20,457 nt of DNA from an uncultured Oligoflexus sp. (GCA_964236955.1 CAXSGP010000003.1:88459-108915), one strand, 5' to 3'; numbered from the stretch's first letter, positions 9,401 to 17,737 are shown. Notes: generated by a model not told the origin, from the sequence alone. Translations and numbers: made by a program.

Positions 9401-10204
9401 CTATTGGATCACGTTATAAAAAACCGCGCGGTAGTTCCCGCAGCCTTGCTTGCTGAATGGATGATTGAGGCGGCCAGCATTTATTTTCCTGGCCTCGTTT
9501 TAAAAGAAATCAGCGAATTCCAGGTATGGAAAGGTCTTGTCCTCGATAGCGATACCAGGCTGCCGATCGAGATCATCGCCGTCAACCAGGTCGACATGTC
9601 GATGGAATGTGTTCTCCGCAGCCGTACGCCGGATGGTCAACTCAGACCCCATGCGCATGCGCGTCTACATTTCGCAGACAATTTTTTAAAGACCGGAGCC
9701 CGCCGCGATGAGCTTGAGGTCGATGCCTCACTCATTGAAATCAAGCCCTATGAGGCCGTGCTTTTCCATGGCGAAAGCCTTCAATACATCGAATCGATAC
9801 TTTATAATACCGAGGGGCGCTGCGCCTTCGCTCTGAATCTTTTCGGTGAGGCGAATGATTGGGATCACGGGCAGAAGCTTTGGTTTGCGCAGGCGCCGCT
9901 GCTCGACGCGGTCTTTCAGGGGGCCATTGTTTGGAGTAGCCTCAACCGAAACAGCCGCTGTCTTCCCAGCAAATTCAAAAAAGCGGTTTATTATCAGGAC
10001 TGGGAAGCGCAAAAAGCCATCCTGGATATTGAGGTCCTGTCTTCAAGCGACCACCGCCTATTGATCAATGCCCGGGTCTGGACGCTGGAGGGGCGACTGA
10101 TCGCGGAGGTTTTGGAATTCGAAGCAACACTTGATGCCTCGCTCGCTGAATCGTTCGCTTTAAAAAGTCTGCTTCCCATAGGCCGTGATGTATTTAACGT
10201 TTAA
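3467..10204 (+). CDS. pfaA: PfaA-type PUFA synthase subunit: KS - MAT - 3x ACP - KR - PKS-type DH
   Basis: KS DAACASS/EAHGTGT/GHTKAAAG; AT FAGQGSQ, GHSYG, AFH; three ACPs LG(I/V)DSIK(K/R)VE; KR VTGGARGVT and GQGAYCLANE; DH LDHVIKNRAVVP...LLDAVFQ. ATG 3467 forms an ATGA overlap with the pfaD stop, with GAAAGG upstream. Confidence 0.93.
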   Translation: MSPSENLSSLESRSPSTDIAVIGLGCMFPDAADLKEFWGNIVKGRDSIKPIPVTHWRPEDYFDSDPKKADHTYAQSGGFLRPYAFDPLKFGIAPHAIEATDTSQLLGMVCAHEALIDAGYGPDKAFNRDKTSCIIGVTGSLELVIPLGARLGHPAWKRALKNAGVADAVAAQVIQEIADSYVPWQENSFPGLLGNVVAGRIASRLDLGGSNAVVDAACASSLAALHMATMELESGRADMVITGGIDTFNDIFMYMCFSKTPALSPTGHSRPFDAEGDGTSIGEGLGAIILKRRVDAERDGDRIYAVIKGLGSGSDGKGQAIYAPAAKGQVKALSRAYATAGIDSSTIELVEAHGTGTRVGDGVELEALAQVYGETEAKHCVIGSVKSQIGHTKAAAGAAGLIKAVMALYNKIQPPTLKIRTLHPTLAKTPFLVLDQARPWITRGDYPRRAAVSAFGFGGSNFHCVLEEHSKTDKPVVWDDETILFTWSGSDRNELLAAFEASFQLIKAGDLDVVNIAARQSRRNFQAKAQERLSVWAQGLEQLIQRCQSSRTLLQQGGVFSGVAYSNAKAQSDLAMVFAGQGSQAPGMLRDLMLAFPETLACLELGSRILSEHETIDGYSPSLMDYIYPPQSFHEDERKNQRQALTATRIAQLALGTLGAAVLMILKRFGVKATSVAGHSYGELLALYAAGVMKLEDLLRASYQRGLLMEKAGRTGGGMLAVMADAERIQQILVAEGFQAKIANYNAPQQVVVGGAIGELEKLKLILRGLKITAKSLEVSTAFHTDYVSDASAAFDKWLAEHVKFQAPTIPVYSNMLAEPYPLEKSRETLSGQLGAPVHFHAMLQAIREKNQATLIEVGPGSKILGLLKVSDSQALTLDSDSKNGLLGLSALLGELSVQGHSLDLTQWHPGREDMPSPAKKSFTVTLTGANYRSKISTPSPAVAFIGSNPEAESKLSRAFEEEVSTPPKPSTPNIKPVASALVSPMVTASLIPTANVSKPLSSALHYPVKNEVSMSSKNNQDWSNLEHILKDMQEAQRKTTDAHTLFLENQRQFQQILREALLGGGRNSEASSVSVISHVPSTPLPSPSPAVSQLPTRSHAKRPEVEISRPTAPAQKAPLKAGPSPVVPVSRPHESVRSASVADASRAQDAAAAIMKIIGEATGFPVEMLNADMHLENDLGIDSIKKVEIFSQLQVAHPGLAADADRMNGTQTIAELIAYVAPHESSAAIDREAETSVEERQGAWSASPIAFVAGKASEVKHIILSIISEKTGFPVEMLGDEMDFESDLGVDSIKKVEIFSQLQEKFPHVPFQAEALNELHKISDIMDRIQGQGRWSGAQVVDKSPDAAPNDLQAILWDVIAEKTGYPAEVLSLGMDLESDLGIDSIKRVEILSALTERLPRIKDHATAAIGTVEDLLRFLQGGAERTADDEGLAASLLNPEPMEWDLSSKKKPQIDESLIFETTVDLDSKISCWKLKAVPWAGFDPAREIRTHGDIWIIDDGSSLAQSLCHQLLERGCQAKLVALSSSESLALPDELQGLYILSPAQFDQQAQRWLKNSYKVLRRCAESLQKSQGFVVTVSSHGGQFGLDGLEQLAQTYAGGTTAFIKTIAVEWLGVHARAIDMGLDFSDSLEAARRCLLASMLQGPLEIGVQRDRMFTLKLEEESFSDQSPQKILKPGDTVLVTGGARGVTAATLIALAKRYPVRFVIWGRTPLGAPEARETKDLTDAAAIKRQLLYLQPELSHPKDLEKAYGHLLAQRETLATFSALRSYGAEVIYQVVDVSHDADMRLAMQKLSENYPSIAGVIHGAGVIRDKLIVDQNEEELLEVLDTKLRILPFLEQLAEQGVAWMILFSSSTARLGRKGQGAYCLANEILNRAASYLSTRYNCRTLALNWGPWDGGMVHEGLKKLFSSEGLSTIPLTRGAALQTYLLEHPSLGSGEWLILGEGGREILGDQIVKQERVLAQRTITIQGTPVLLDHVIKNRAVVPAALLAEWMIEAASIYFPGLVLKEISEFQVWKGLVLDSDTRLPIEIIAVNQVDMSMECVLRSRTPDGQLRPHAHARLHFADNFLKTGARRDELEVDASLIEIKPYEAVLFHGESLQYIESILYNTEGRCAFALNLFGEANDWDHGQKLWFAQAPLLDAVFQGAIVWSSLNRNSRCLPSKFKKAVYYQDWEAQKAILDIEVLSSSDHRLLINARVWTLEGRLIAEVLEFEATLDASLAESFALKSLLPIGRDVFNV
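6925..7735 (+). repeat. Three tandem ACP-coding repeats within pfaA (approximate boundaries)
   Basis: Repeated units TG(F/Y)P.E(M/V)L...M.(L/F)E.DLG(I/V)DSIK(K/R)VEI near 6950-7040, 7280-7365 and 7560-7645. Confidence 0.85.
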
Positions 10205-10209
10205 GAGAT

Positions 10210-10231
10210 AAGGGTCGGCCTTGACCCTTTT
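10210..10231 (+). promoter_or_regulatory. Intergenic stem-loop between pfaA and pfaC (weak terminator or mRNA stability hairpin)
   Basis: AAGGGTC (10210-16), loop GGCCTT, GACCCTT (10223-29), then TT, directly abutting the GAGGA SD of the next gene. Confidence 0.4.
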
Positions 10232-10241
10232 GAGGAAAGAT

Positions 10242-13200
10242 ATGAAGTCGATCGCGATCGTGAGCGCTGGCATTCGTTTTCCGGGAGCCAAAAATCTTGC
10301 CGAGTTCACCTCGATTTTGGAGGGGGCCCGGGACGTTTCTGAAGCGATGGAGGACCCTCGCTGGAACAGCCGTGCTCTGCGTGACGCAAAGGCCGAAGGC
10401 TTCTTTCACGATAGGACGTATAAGGTTCGAGATTGGCAAGCGGATCCCAAAGGACTGGCGATAGATGGGGAGGTTCTCGCTGGGCTTGATCCCCTTTTTC
10501 ATCTCGGTCTGGGCGCGGCGAGCGACGCCTATAGGGGCGCATCGACGGACGGGATCGACAGGAAACGCTCCGGAGTGATACTCGGCAACATCGCATTGCC
10601 AACGGAAACCTCTTCCCGCATGGCCTCGGAATGGTTAGCCAGGGAGTGGGGACTGGGTACTGTGGAAACGTGTTCCCTGCCCATAAACCTAAGCCCGGCA
10701 GCGATGCCGGCTTTTGTGATAGCCAAAGCTCTAGGGTTTTCCGGTGGCACTTTTACTCTGGATGCGGCGTGTGCCTCATCGCTCTATGCCTTAAAGCTGG
10801 CTTGCGATGAATTGATGGAGGGACGGCTCGATTTTGTTCTGGCCGGGGGCCTGAGCCGCCCCGATTCCCTCTATACGCAAGTAGGTTTCACAGCTCTTGA
10901 TGCTCTGTCCCGGGGCGGCAAATCGTATCCGCTCGATGGTCGGGCCGATGGACTCATGGTTGGTGAGGGAGCTGGGATTTTCGGGTTGAAACGTCTGGAA
11001 GATGCCGAGCGACATGGCGATACCATTCTTGCTCTTATTCGAGGGGTTGGCCTATCCAATGATAAGGAAGCCGGTTTGATGGCTCCGTCCGGAGAGGGGC
11101 AATGGCGGGCGATGCAGGCGGCTTACGTCGATGCCGAATGGGAACCCCGCAGCGTTGAACTTGTTGAATGCCACGCTACGGGAACCGCCTTAGGTGACGC
11201 CACCGAGATCAGGAGTCTTGCAAGGATCCGAAATGCTGCGCCTGCCGTTATCGGTTCGGTCAAAGCTAACGTTGGCCATATGCTGACGGCTGCCGGGTCG
11301 GCCGGTATTGCCAAAGTTCTGTTATCGTTCAAAGAGAAAAAATTCTGGCCGACGGCCAATTTCCAAGCGGCGCCCGTAGAATGGAACCTTGAGCAACACG
11401 GTCTTCGCGTTCTTAAAAAGGCTGAGCCATGGACGACAAAACAAGAGCTTCGCCGGGCCGCGATCAGTGGCTTTGGATTCGGAGGTATCAATGCCCACCT
11501 GCTGCTCGAGGAATACCATCCTGAGCTCAGCGAGCGAGTGGTACGAATTAGAGGGCGTAGAAAAGTTGCTGTCATTCGCGCCTCAGATCTTGAGACCCAT
11601 GCTGATCAGTCGGCCCGCATGGAATTAGGCTATAGGCAGTTTCGCATCCCTCCCAAAGAAATGCAGAGCATTCTTCCCCAGCAGATCTGGTCGCTCCTGA
11701 CCATGAATGCTTTAGGTCCACTACCTGATATTGAAAAAGAAAAAATGGGTTGCTTTGTTGGAGTCGAACTCGATCCTTTAACCAATTTGTTTGCAACACG
11801 ATGGAAACTTCAGGACAGTCTGCCGCAGATTGATCTTGATGCCTATATGCCCGCACTAGGGGCCAATCAGGTGATAGGTTCGCTGGCGAGCATAGTTGCT
11901 TCACGCTGTTCTCGTGAACTTCAACTGGGAGGACCATCGTTTGCGGTTGCAGCGATGGAAGCCTCGGGACTTCGGGCGCTCGAACTGGCATTTCGGGCTA
12001 TATCCCGTGGTGAAATGCCGGCGGCTTTAGTGATGGCCACCGATATGGGCAGCAGCCACAGAGCCCAGAGTCAACGCCTCGATCGTTACGGCACCACTTG
12101 GGCGACCGGCACGGATCAATCGGTAGCTGTTCTTCTGATGGATGAGCAAAAGGCGATGGATGGCAATCTTCCGATCGCCATCATCCTCGATGATTTCACG
12201 GAATTTGAAGCAGACCTTGACCTGCCAATGACTGAGGGAACGCTTTGGATAGAAGACGTGAATCGCGATAGCCAGTGGGTTAAGCAGCTGGGCTCCACCC
12301 GCAAAAAACTTGTCGATGGCAACAGCTACCGGGGCGCGGCTCATGGTCTTAGCACACTGGTCCGGATCTGGGAAAAACCCGGCATTTCACGTGGAAGTTT
12401 TCTTTTGCGTGACCAAAAACTGCACCACCTGAGTTGGTTTCAGCATGGACCATTGACCCTTGAAAAGACCCCCATCATAAGCCAGGATACCTACAGCGTA
12501 GTGAGGCGGGACCGGTATCTCATCTCTCCCGAATTGCTCTTTTCAAGCCAAAATCAACCTCAATCCGCCCTAAGACAAGGGTCGGCTCCAACCTTCCCAA
12601 AGCCGACCCTTCCTGCACCTGAACCGCGTGCTCAGTCCGGATTCGATACGTTCGCCCACGAACTCATCGCCCAGGAAATGCAAACGATCGAAGCGCATCA
12701 ACAGTACCTTTCGTATCGGGGCGAAGGCGATGCCCTTATCGCTCAGTTGCTTCAGGACTTTAGTGCTAGGAAAGGATCTGAGTCCGCTTTGCCACCTGTA
12801 GCCCCTCCTAGCTGGGTGGCAAAGCCGCTGAACCCAACACCTGCGCTCTTCGATTATGCGGCTTGCAGGGAATTCGCTGCCGGACAAATCGCTAGGGTTT
12901 TTGGCGAGGAATTTTTTGAGGTTGATTCCTTTCCTTGTCGGGTTCGACTACCGGCCGAGCGTCTACTCCTTTGTCATCGCGTGATGAGCCTTAACGCAGT
13001 GCCGAAGAGCCTGAGTTCGGGACGTATGGTAACCGAGCATGATGTATTCCCCAATGCCTGGTATCTTGAAGGTGACTTTATGCCGACCAGCATCGCAGTC
13101 GAATCAGGGCAGGCCGACCTCATGCTTTCGTCTTATCTCGGAGCCGATTTTGCCACGCGCGGTGAGGCAGTCTATCGACTGCTCGACGCCAGAGTCTGTT

Positions 13201-15098
13201 TTTATAGAGAGCTACCGAAAATTGGCGACACGGTGCGCTATGAAATCGAAATAAAAAAATTCTTTGAACAGAGCGGTACCCTGTTTTTTCAATTTGCATT
13301 TGAAGCTTTCATCGGCGATCAAGCCCTGATGAGCATGGTCGATGGTTGTGCTGGATTTTTCTCCGCCAAGGCACTGGGAGAAGGTCGGGGCGTGAAGCGC
13401 AGTCAGCTTCAACTCAAAGGTGGCCAGGGCCGGATAGTCGGCGGTTTCACCCCATATGTTCCTATGGCTGTTGAGAAATATAACGATACGCAGATCGATG
13501 CCCTAAGGCTTGGCAATTATGCCTCGGCCTTTGGCCGCGGGTTTTCAGCACTTTCCCTGCGGGAGCCAATGGGTTTACCAAGCGGCGATATGAAGCTTGT
13601 TTACCGTATTCTGGAGCTAGCGCCTCAAGGGGGTCGCTTTGGAATTGGCCGTATAGTGGGCGAAGCCGACATTCATCCAAATGATTGGTTCCTCACCTGC
13701 CATTTCGTGGATGATCAGGTGATGCCGGGAACCCTTATGTTTGAATGCTGTCTCCAAACCCTTCGCGTCTTTCTTATGCGAGCCGGCTGGGTAGGGGAGC
13801 GCGGGGAACAGGATTTCCTTCCCGTTCCTGGTATATGGTCCCAACTGAAATGCCGCGGACAGGTCTTGCCATCGACTCAAAGGGTCACCTATGAGATTGA
13901 AATTAAAGAGATGGGTTATGGTCCTGAGGCTTATGTGATCTGTGACGCTTTGATGTACGCTGATGGAAAACCCATAGTCGATATCATCGATATGAGTCTT
14001 CGGATCCCGGGCTTTGACCAATCAAAATTTGATTCGATCTGGGCTGCTTCAAAAGGAGTGGCCGAAGCCAGGACAGCAGTAGCTTATAGCTACCAGGATA
14101 TACTCGCTTTTTCAGATGGCAACCCTTCCGATTGCTTCGGCGCCATTTATAAGCCTTTTGACCAGGACCGTAAGATCGCACGTTTACCGCGTCCACCTTT
14201 TCAGTTTCTCGACAGTATAGAATGGGTCAAAGGTCCATTGATGAAACAAAATGTGGGGACCAGACTACTGGCTCATTATGAGCTTCCCGACGACGCCTGG
14301 TATTGGGTTTGTCACAATGATCGGCTGCCTTTTTCAATACTTGTCGAGATCGCCCTGCAGCCTTGTGGTTTCATGGCAGCCTATATGGGATCAGCTCTGG
14401 GTAGCGAAACGGATCTGAAATTCCGCAATCTTTCGGGTGAAGCGACTCTTTATCAGGATATAAGAAAGGGTAGTGGCCGCCTATCGATCGATGTCCGATC
14501 GACCAAGATCGCGCGCAGTGGCGACATGATCATCCAGGATTACAATTTCCGAGTCTTTAACCATCTCGGCGATGTTTATGTCGGAACCACAAGTTTTGGA
14601 TTTTTCACCGAGGAGGCATTGGGTCAACAGGCGGGCATTCGTGGTGAGGCAAGCTGGGTGGAAAGGCCAATAACGAAGGCCTATCCCAATGCCAAAGCCC
14701 TGCCGCAAGGTCAGCTGCGGATGGTTGATCGCTGGGATGGGGATAAGGATAAGATCGTTGGGGCGAAGAGTGTGAATCCGGAGGAATGGTTCTTCGAAGC
14801 TCATTTTTTAGACGATCCGGTAATGCCTGGTTCGCTTGGGCTGGAATCCCTTCTGCAGGTTCTTGAAGCCGAAGCTCACGATAAATGTCCTTCGGTGCCG
14901 AGTTGGCGAGTGGCGTTAAAGTCAAAACATAATTGGGTGTATCGCGGGCAGGTGAGAAAGCACAATCGAGACGTTCGCCTCCTGCTTGATGTCAAAGAAA
15001 GATCCAACACCGATCTAACTGTTGACAGCGTACTTTTTTGTGACGGTATAGCCATATACAAGCTTGATAATTTACGCATCGAAGCTGCGGCCTTTTAA
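10242..15098 (+). CDS. pfaC: PfaC-like PUFA synthase subunit: KS - shortened CLF - FabA-like DH'/DH/DH'/DH; no AT domain seen
   Basis: KS DAACASS/ECHATGT/VGHMLTAAG; CLF-like FRIPPKEM...PQQ and GPSFAVAAMEAS (no catalytic Cys); active DH motifs WFLTCHFVDDQVMPG and WFFEAHFLDDPVMPG; two pseudo-DH motifs (WYLEGDFMP, WYWVCHNDRLP). ATG 10242 follows GAGGA. Confidence 0.88.
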   Translation: MKSIAIVSAGIRFPGAKNLAEFTSILEGARDVSEAMEDPRWNSRALRDAKAEGFFHDRTYKVRDWQADPKGLAIDGEVLAGLDPLFHLGLGAASDAYRGASTDGIDRKRSGVILGNIALPTETSSRMASEWLAREWGLGTVETCSLPINLSPAAMPAFVIAKALGFSGGTFTLDAACASSLYALKLACDELMEGRLDFVLAGGLSRPDSLYTQVGFTALDALSRGGKSYPLDGRADGLMVGEGAGIFGLKRLEDAERHGDTILALIRGVGLSNDKEAGLMAPSGEGQWRAMQAAYVDAEWEPRSVELVECHATGTALGDATEIRSLARIRNAAPAVIGSVKANVGHMLTAAGSAGIAKVLLSFKEKKFWPTANFQAAPVEWNLEQHGLRVLKKAEPWTTKQELRRAAISGFGFGGINAHLLLEEYHPELSERVVRIRGRRKVAVIRASDLETHADQSARMELGYRQFRIPPKEMQSILPQQIWSLLTMNALGPLPDIEKEKMGCFVGVELDPLTNLFATRWKLQDSLPQIDLDAYMPALGANQVIGSLASIVASRCSRELQLGGPSFAVAAMEASGLRALELAFRAISRGEMPAALVMATDMGSSHRAQSQRLDRYGTTWATGTDQSVAVLLMDEQKAMDGNLPIAIILDDFTEFEADLDLPMTEGTLWIEDVNRDSQWVKQLGSTRKKLVDGNSYRGAAHGLSTLVRIWEKPGISRGSFLLRDQKLHHLSWFQHGPLTLEKTPIISQDTYSVVRRDRYLISPELLFSSQNQPQSALRQGSAPTFPKPTLPAPEPRAQSGFDTFAHELIAQEMQTIEAHQQYLSYRGEGDALIAQLLQDFSARKGSESALPPVAPPSWVAKPLNPTPALFDYAACREFAAGQIARVFGEEFFEVDSFPCRVRLPAERLLLCHRVMSLNAVPKSLSSGRMVTEHDVFPNAWYLEGDFMPTSIAVESGQADLMLSSYLGADFATRGEAVYRLLDARVCFYRELPKIGDTVRYEIEIKKFFEQSGTLFFQFAFEAFIGDQALMSMVDGCAGFFSAKALGEGRGVKRSQLQLKGGQGRIVGGFTPYVPMAVEKYNDTQIDALRLGNYASAFGRGFSALSLREPMGLPSGDMKLVYRILELAPQGGRFGIGRIVGEADIHPNDWFLTCHFVDDQVMPGTLMFECCLQTLRVFLMRAGWVGERGEQDFLPVPGIWSQLKCRGQVLPSTQRVTYEIEIKEMGYGPEAYVICDALMYADGKPIVDIIDMSLRIPGFDQSKFDSIWAASKGVAEARTAVAYSYQDILAFSDGNPSDCFGAIYKPFDQDRKIARLPRPPFQFLDSIEWVKGPLMKQNVGTRLLAHYELPDDAWYWVCHNDRLPFSILVEIALQPCGFMAAYMGSALGSETDLKFRNLSGEATLYQDIRKGSGRLSIDVRSTKIARSGDMIIQDYNFRVFNHLGDVYVGTTSFGFFTEEALGQQAGIRGEASWVERPITKAYPNAKALPQGQLRMVDRWDGDKDKIVGAKSVNPEEWFFEAHFLDDPVMPGSLGLESLLQVLEAEAHDKCPSVPSWRVALKSKHNWVYRGQVRKHNRDVRLLLDVKERSNTDLTVDSVLFCDGIAIYKLDNLRIEAAAF

Positions 15099-15238
15099 AA
15101 TCGAAGGATGATGCCTCGAAAATTTTTTGAAGGTTCATTGGAACGATCAGATAGCATTAAGCTTAAGAGGTTCGACTCATTTGACCGGACCTCAATCCGT
15201 AAAGGATTGTGGTTGGGAATTTTTTGGAGGATATCACC

Positions 15239-16276
15239 GTGAATACTCCTGTCTTCTTGCGTCTGACTTTTCTTGCTCCCGTGTTTTCTCAATATGCCTG
15301 TGACAAACCCTATGATTCGTTGGATAGAGTTCCCCATGCTTCAGCCTACTCGAGCTTAACTGAAGTCACGAGTATCGACCAGACCCCTACTCCTGTGGAG
15401 CCGCCGCTGCCAACGGATTACCCTGATCTGTCCAAGCCTTCCGACCTGCCCGATCCACCTCAGGCCGTAGGGGCTTCGAATCAAAAGGTTTCTGTAGATG
15501 AAAGCCCGTCGCCTCCGAATTCAATCATGGGAGCTCTGCTCCGCTGCTATCTAGAGGAGGCGCGCAAGGAAGTTGCAGTGGAAATGGGCTGCCGCTTTCA
15601 AGGTGAAGATGATGAGCGGGTTTCAGTCAATAAAATAGCGAAAAAAATAGTCTTTGCTACACCTGTGGTGCTGACTGCGGGAATAACTCAAAGGTTAAAA
15701 ACTCTAAAAAGCAATTCCAAATACGATGTGGTCTTTAGGTTTTCAGGCGCACCAATAAAGGATTTAAAATCGGCAGCGCTCTCGGCTCTGTATGTCGTAA
15801 ACCTTTATGATCTAGAGAATGGTGATTCCCAGGGACTTATCAACGCAGAGGGAAGCAGTCTTGTGGTGCCAAGTCTCAATTCCTCGTGGCAGCGTGAGCT
15901 CGCTACGGACGACAATGGTGATGGAAAATGTCAGTCCGATGAGATTTGTCACTATCAGGGGCTTAAATTACTTTGGACCCGCGACGAGGGCGAAGAGTTG
16001 CAGTATTTCGAGGCGGCAGCACTCTGCGATAATCTCGATGACGGCAATCAGGGCTGGAGACTGCCTTTTCTAAATGAATGGCAAGAAGCCTATGTGAGGC
16101 ATATCAATGCCCTTTCATCAAGGAACTCGTTGAATATTCAGCCTTCCCACTACTGGTCAGCACGGTTTGATAGCAACGATTACGCGGCATTTAATGTGTT
16201 TTCAGGGCAGACTTTGTACCTTGCTCCCTCGGAATCCGCCAGTGTAGTCTGCGTAAAAAAACTCGCAGACTATTAA
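15239..16276 (+). CDS. Putative lipoprotein with Pro-rich linker and C-terminal DUF1566 (Lcl/CLec-like) domain
   Basis: GTG 15239 after GGAGG; hydrophobic N-terminus ending QYAC (weak lipobox); Pro-rich segment; C-terminal LLWTRD...AAALCDNL...GWRLP..NE...YWS...VVCVK pattern typical of DUF1566. Confidence 0.65.
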   Translation: MNTPVFLRLTFLAPVFSQYACDKPYDSLDRVPHASAYSSLTEVTSIDQTPTPVEPPLPTDYPDLSKPSDLPDPPQAVGASNQKVSVDESPSPPNSIMGALLRCYLEEARKEVAVEMGCRFQGEDDERVSVNKIAKKIVFATPVVLTAGITQRLKTLKSNSKYDVVFRFSGAPIKDLKSAALSALYVVNLYDLENGDSQGLINAEGSSLVVPSLNSSWQRELATDDNGDGKCQSDEICHYQGLKLLWTRDEGEELQYFEAAALCDNLDDGNQGWRLPFLNEWQEAYVRHINALSSRNSLNIQPSHYWSARFDSNDYAAFNVFSGQTLYLAPSESASVVCVKKLADY

Positions 16277-16421
16277 AAAGGGCGCAAATCTTAAGGCTAA
16301 AGTTTCCGAGAGAATCAGCACACAGTTCCAGCTGGGCCTCTGTTCGTCGTGAGCGAGGCTGCGATTCAGGAAATAAAATGTCTCATTTTAAATGGGGTGT
16401 CGTTGGGGGAGGCAAAGGAAG

Positions 16422-16459
16422 GAGGAGATGGGCGAGCCAAAGGCTCTCTCCATCTCCTC
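16422..16459. terminator. Long imperfect hairpin between convergent genes, probable terminator
   Basis: GAGGAGATGGGCGAGCC-AAA-GGCTCTCTCCATCTCCTC: 16 paired positions with one mismatch and one bulge. Confidence 0.55.
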
Positions 16460-16525
16460 AGATAAGCTTGATTAGTGAGGTTTCAATTTAAATACGGTTC
16501 CGAATAGAAGCAAAGCATAGATTTA

Positions 16526-17392
16526 TTACGCGCCTGGCTTTTTCGCTGAAGCCGATCCTGAGGCCGAAACTGATCCCGAAGCCTGACCCGACTGGGCAGC
16601 TTTGGCAGCTTCAATGGCTTTTTTGATCGCTTCGATGCCCAGGGAAGCCTGCTGTTTACGGAAATCGACGACCGAAGCCTGAAGAGCTTTCAATTCGGCT
16701 TCATCAATTTTGCCGTCGCCGTTCGTGTCGAATTTTGGCAGGATTTTAGCGTCAACGTCCTTAATCACCACGGCGCTCATTTCCTTCAATTTATCAGCGA
16801 TGACTTTTTTCATGCTTTCAAATTGAGCCTTGATGCTGGCTTCCAGTTTTTCCGCGGTGAGGGCTCCGCCTCCCGAAAGCTTGTTGAATTTCTCAGTCAA
16901 CAATTTTTGAATTTCAGCGATTTGCTCAGGTGTTTTTTGAACGTTGAATATTTTATCCAAAGGTGAAGACGAGCTTATTGCGATAAATTCCTCTAGCGAA
17001 ACGTCACCGGATTTGTCGGTGTCCAGGCGTCCGATAATAACCTTTGCAGCAGCTTTCACGCGAGCAGAAATAGCGGCATCAAAATCTCCAGCAGCAGGGT
17101 CAGCCGACTTGGGCTGGGCCACAGCACCCGTGTCATCTAAAAAGAGATCTATATTGGCCTGGGCATCAGCCAAGGCTTGAGCGGAAGGAGCTTCCGATTC
17201 CGACGAGTCTTCGATTTCGGCACTGACTTTGCCGTCGGCTCCAAGCGATTCGTCTGCGGAATCATCGCTTTCGTTCGCAGCTGCCACAACCGTCGAAGCT
17301 TTGACTTTTTTGCTGGCGGGAATGTCGTTTGTCTGTGAGCAAGAGATAGCGAAAAGAGCAGGGACCAATGCGAGGCAGTAATTTTTGATCAT
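16526..17392 (-). CDS. EF-hand calcium-binding lipoprotein
   Basis: Signal peptide MIKNYCLALVPALFAISC (lipobox); acidic low-complexity linker; EF-hand loops DTDKSGDVSLEEF and DTNGDGKIDEAEL; Ala/Ser-rich tail; AGGA upstream. Confidence 0.8.
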   Translation of the reverse strand: MIKNYCLALVPALFAISCSQTNDIPASKKVKASTVVAAANESDDSADESLGADGKVSAEIEDSSESEAPSAQALADAQANIDLFLDDTGAVAQPKSADPAAGDFDAAISARVKAAAKVIIGRLDTDKSGDVSLEEFIAISSSSPLDKIFNVQKTPEQIAEIQKLLTEKFNKLSGGGALTAEKLEASIKAQFESMKKVIADKLKEMSAVVIKDVDAKILPKFDTNGDGKIDEAELKALQASVVDFRKQQASLGIEAIKKAIEAAKAAQSGQASGSVSASGSASAKKPGA

Positions 17393-17737
17393 GTTTTGTC
17401 ATTCCTGTAGGTGAAAACGCCGTGTGACCCCTTATCGGCATGTGGACGGCAAAAATTTACTTATATTTACCAGAATATTATAGAAATCAAATTCGCTGCT
17501 AATATATCGCCGAGTTACAAAATAATTTTTCCGCTAAAAAAGACTTATTTAACTTGAGTATAAAGGAGAGGCGGGTGAACTTTTTAATAGATCATGGTTT
17601 TGGGATGACGGGCGGGTAAGTTTTTAATATTGGCAATAGTAGAGCTTTGATCTTATAGCATTGATCTGATTGTTAGGGTGGACTCTAGTTTTAGGTTCTG
17701 CATTAAAAGAACTTGAGCCTCACTTAGATAAAGACTG

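Noticed and set aside
3467..15098. Modular polyketide, enediyne or heterocyst glycolipid PKS
   Set aside because: PfaD, tandem ACPs, FabA-like DH pairs and adjacent ole genes fit a Pfa-type synthase; no TE or terminal reductase domain was seen.
16140..16276. Diversity-generating retroelement variable region in the DUF1566-like gene
   Set aside because: No template repeat or reverse transcriptase found in this window.
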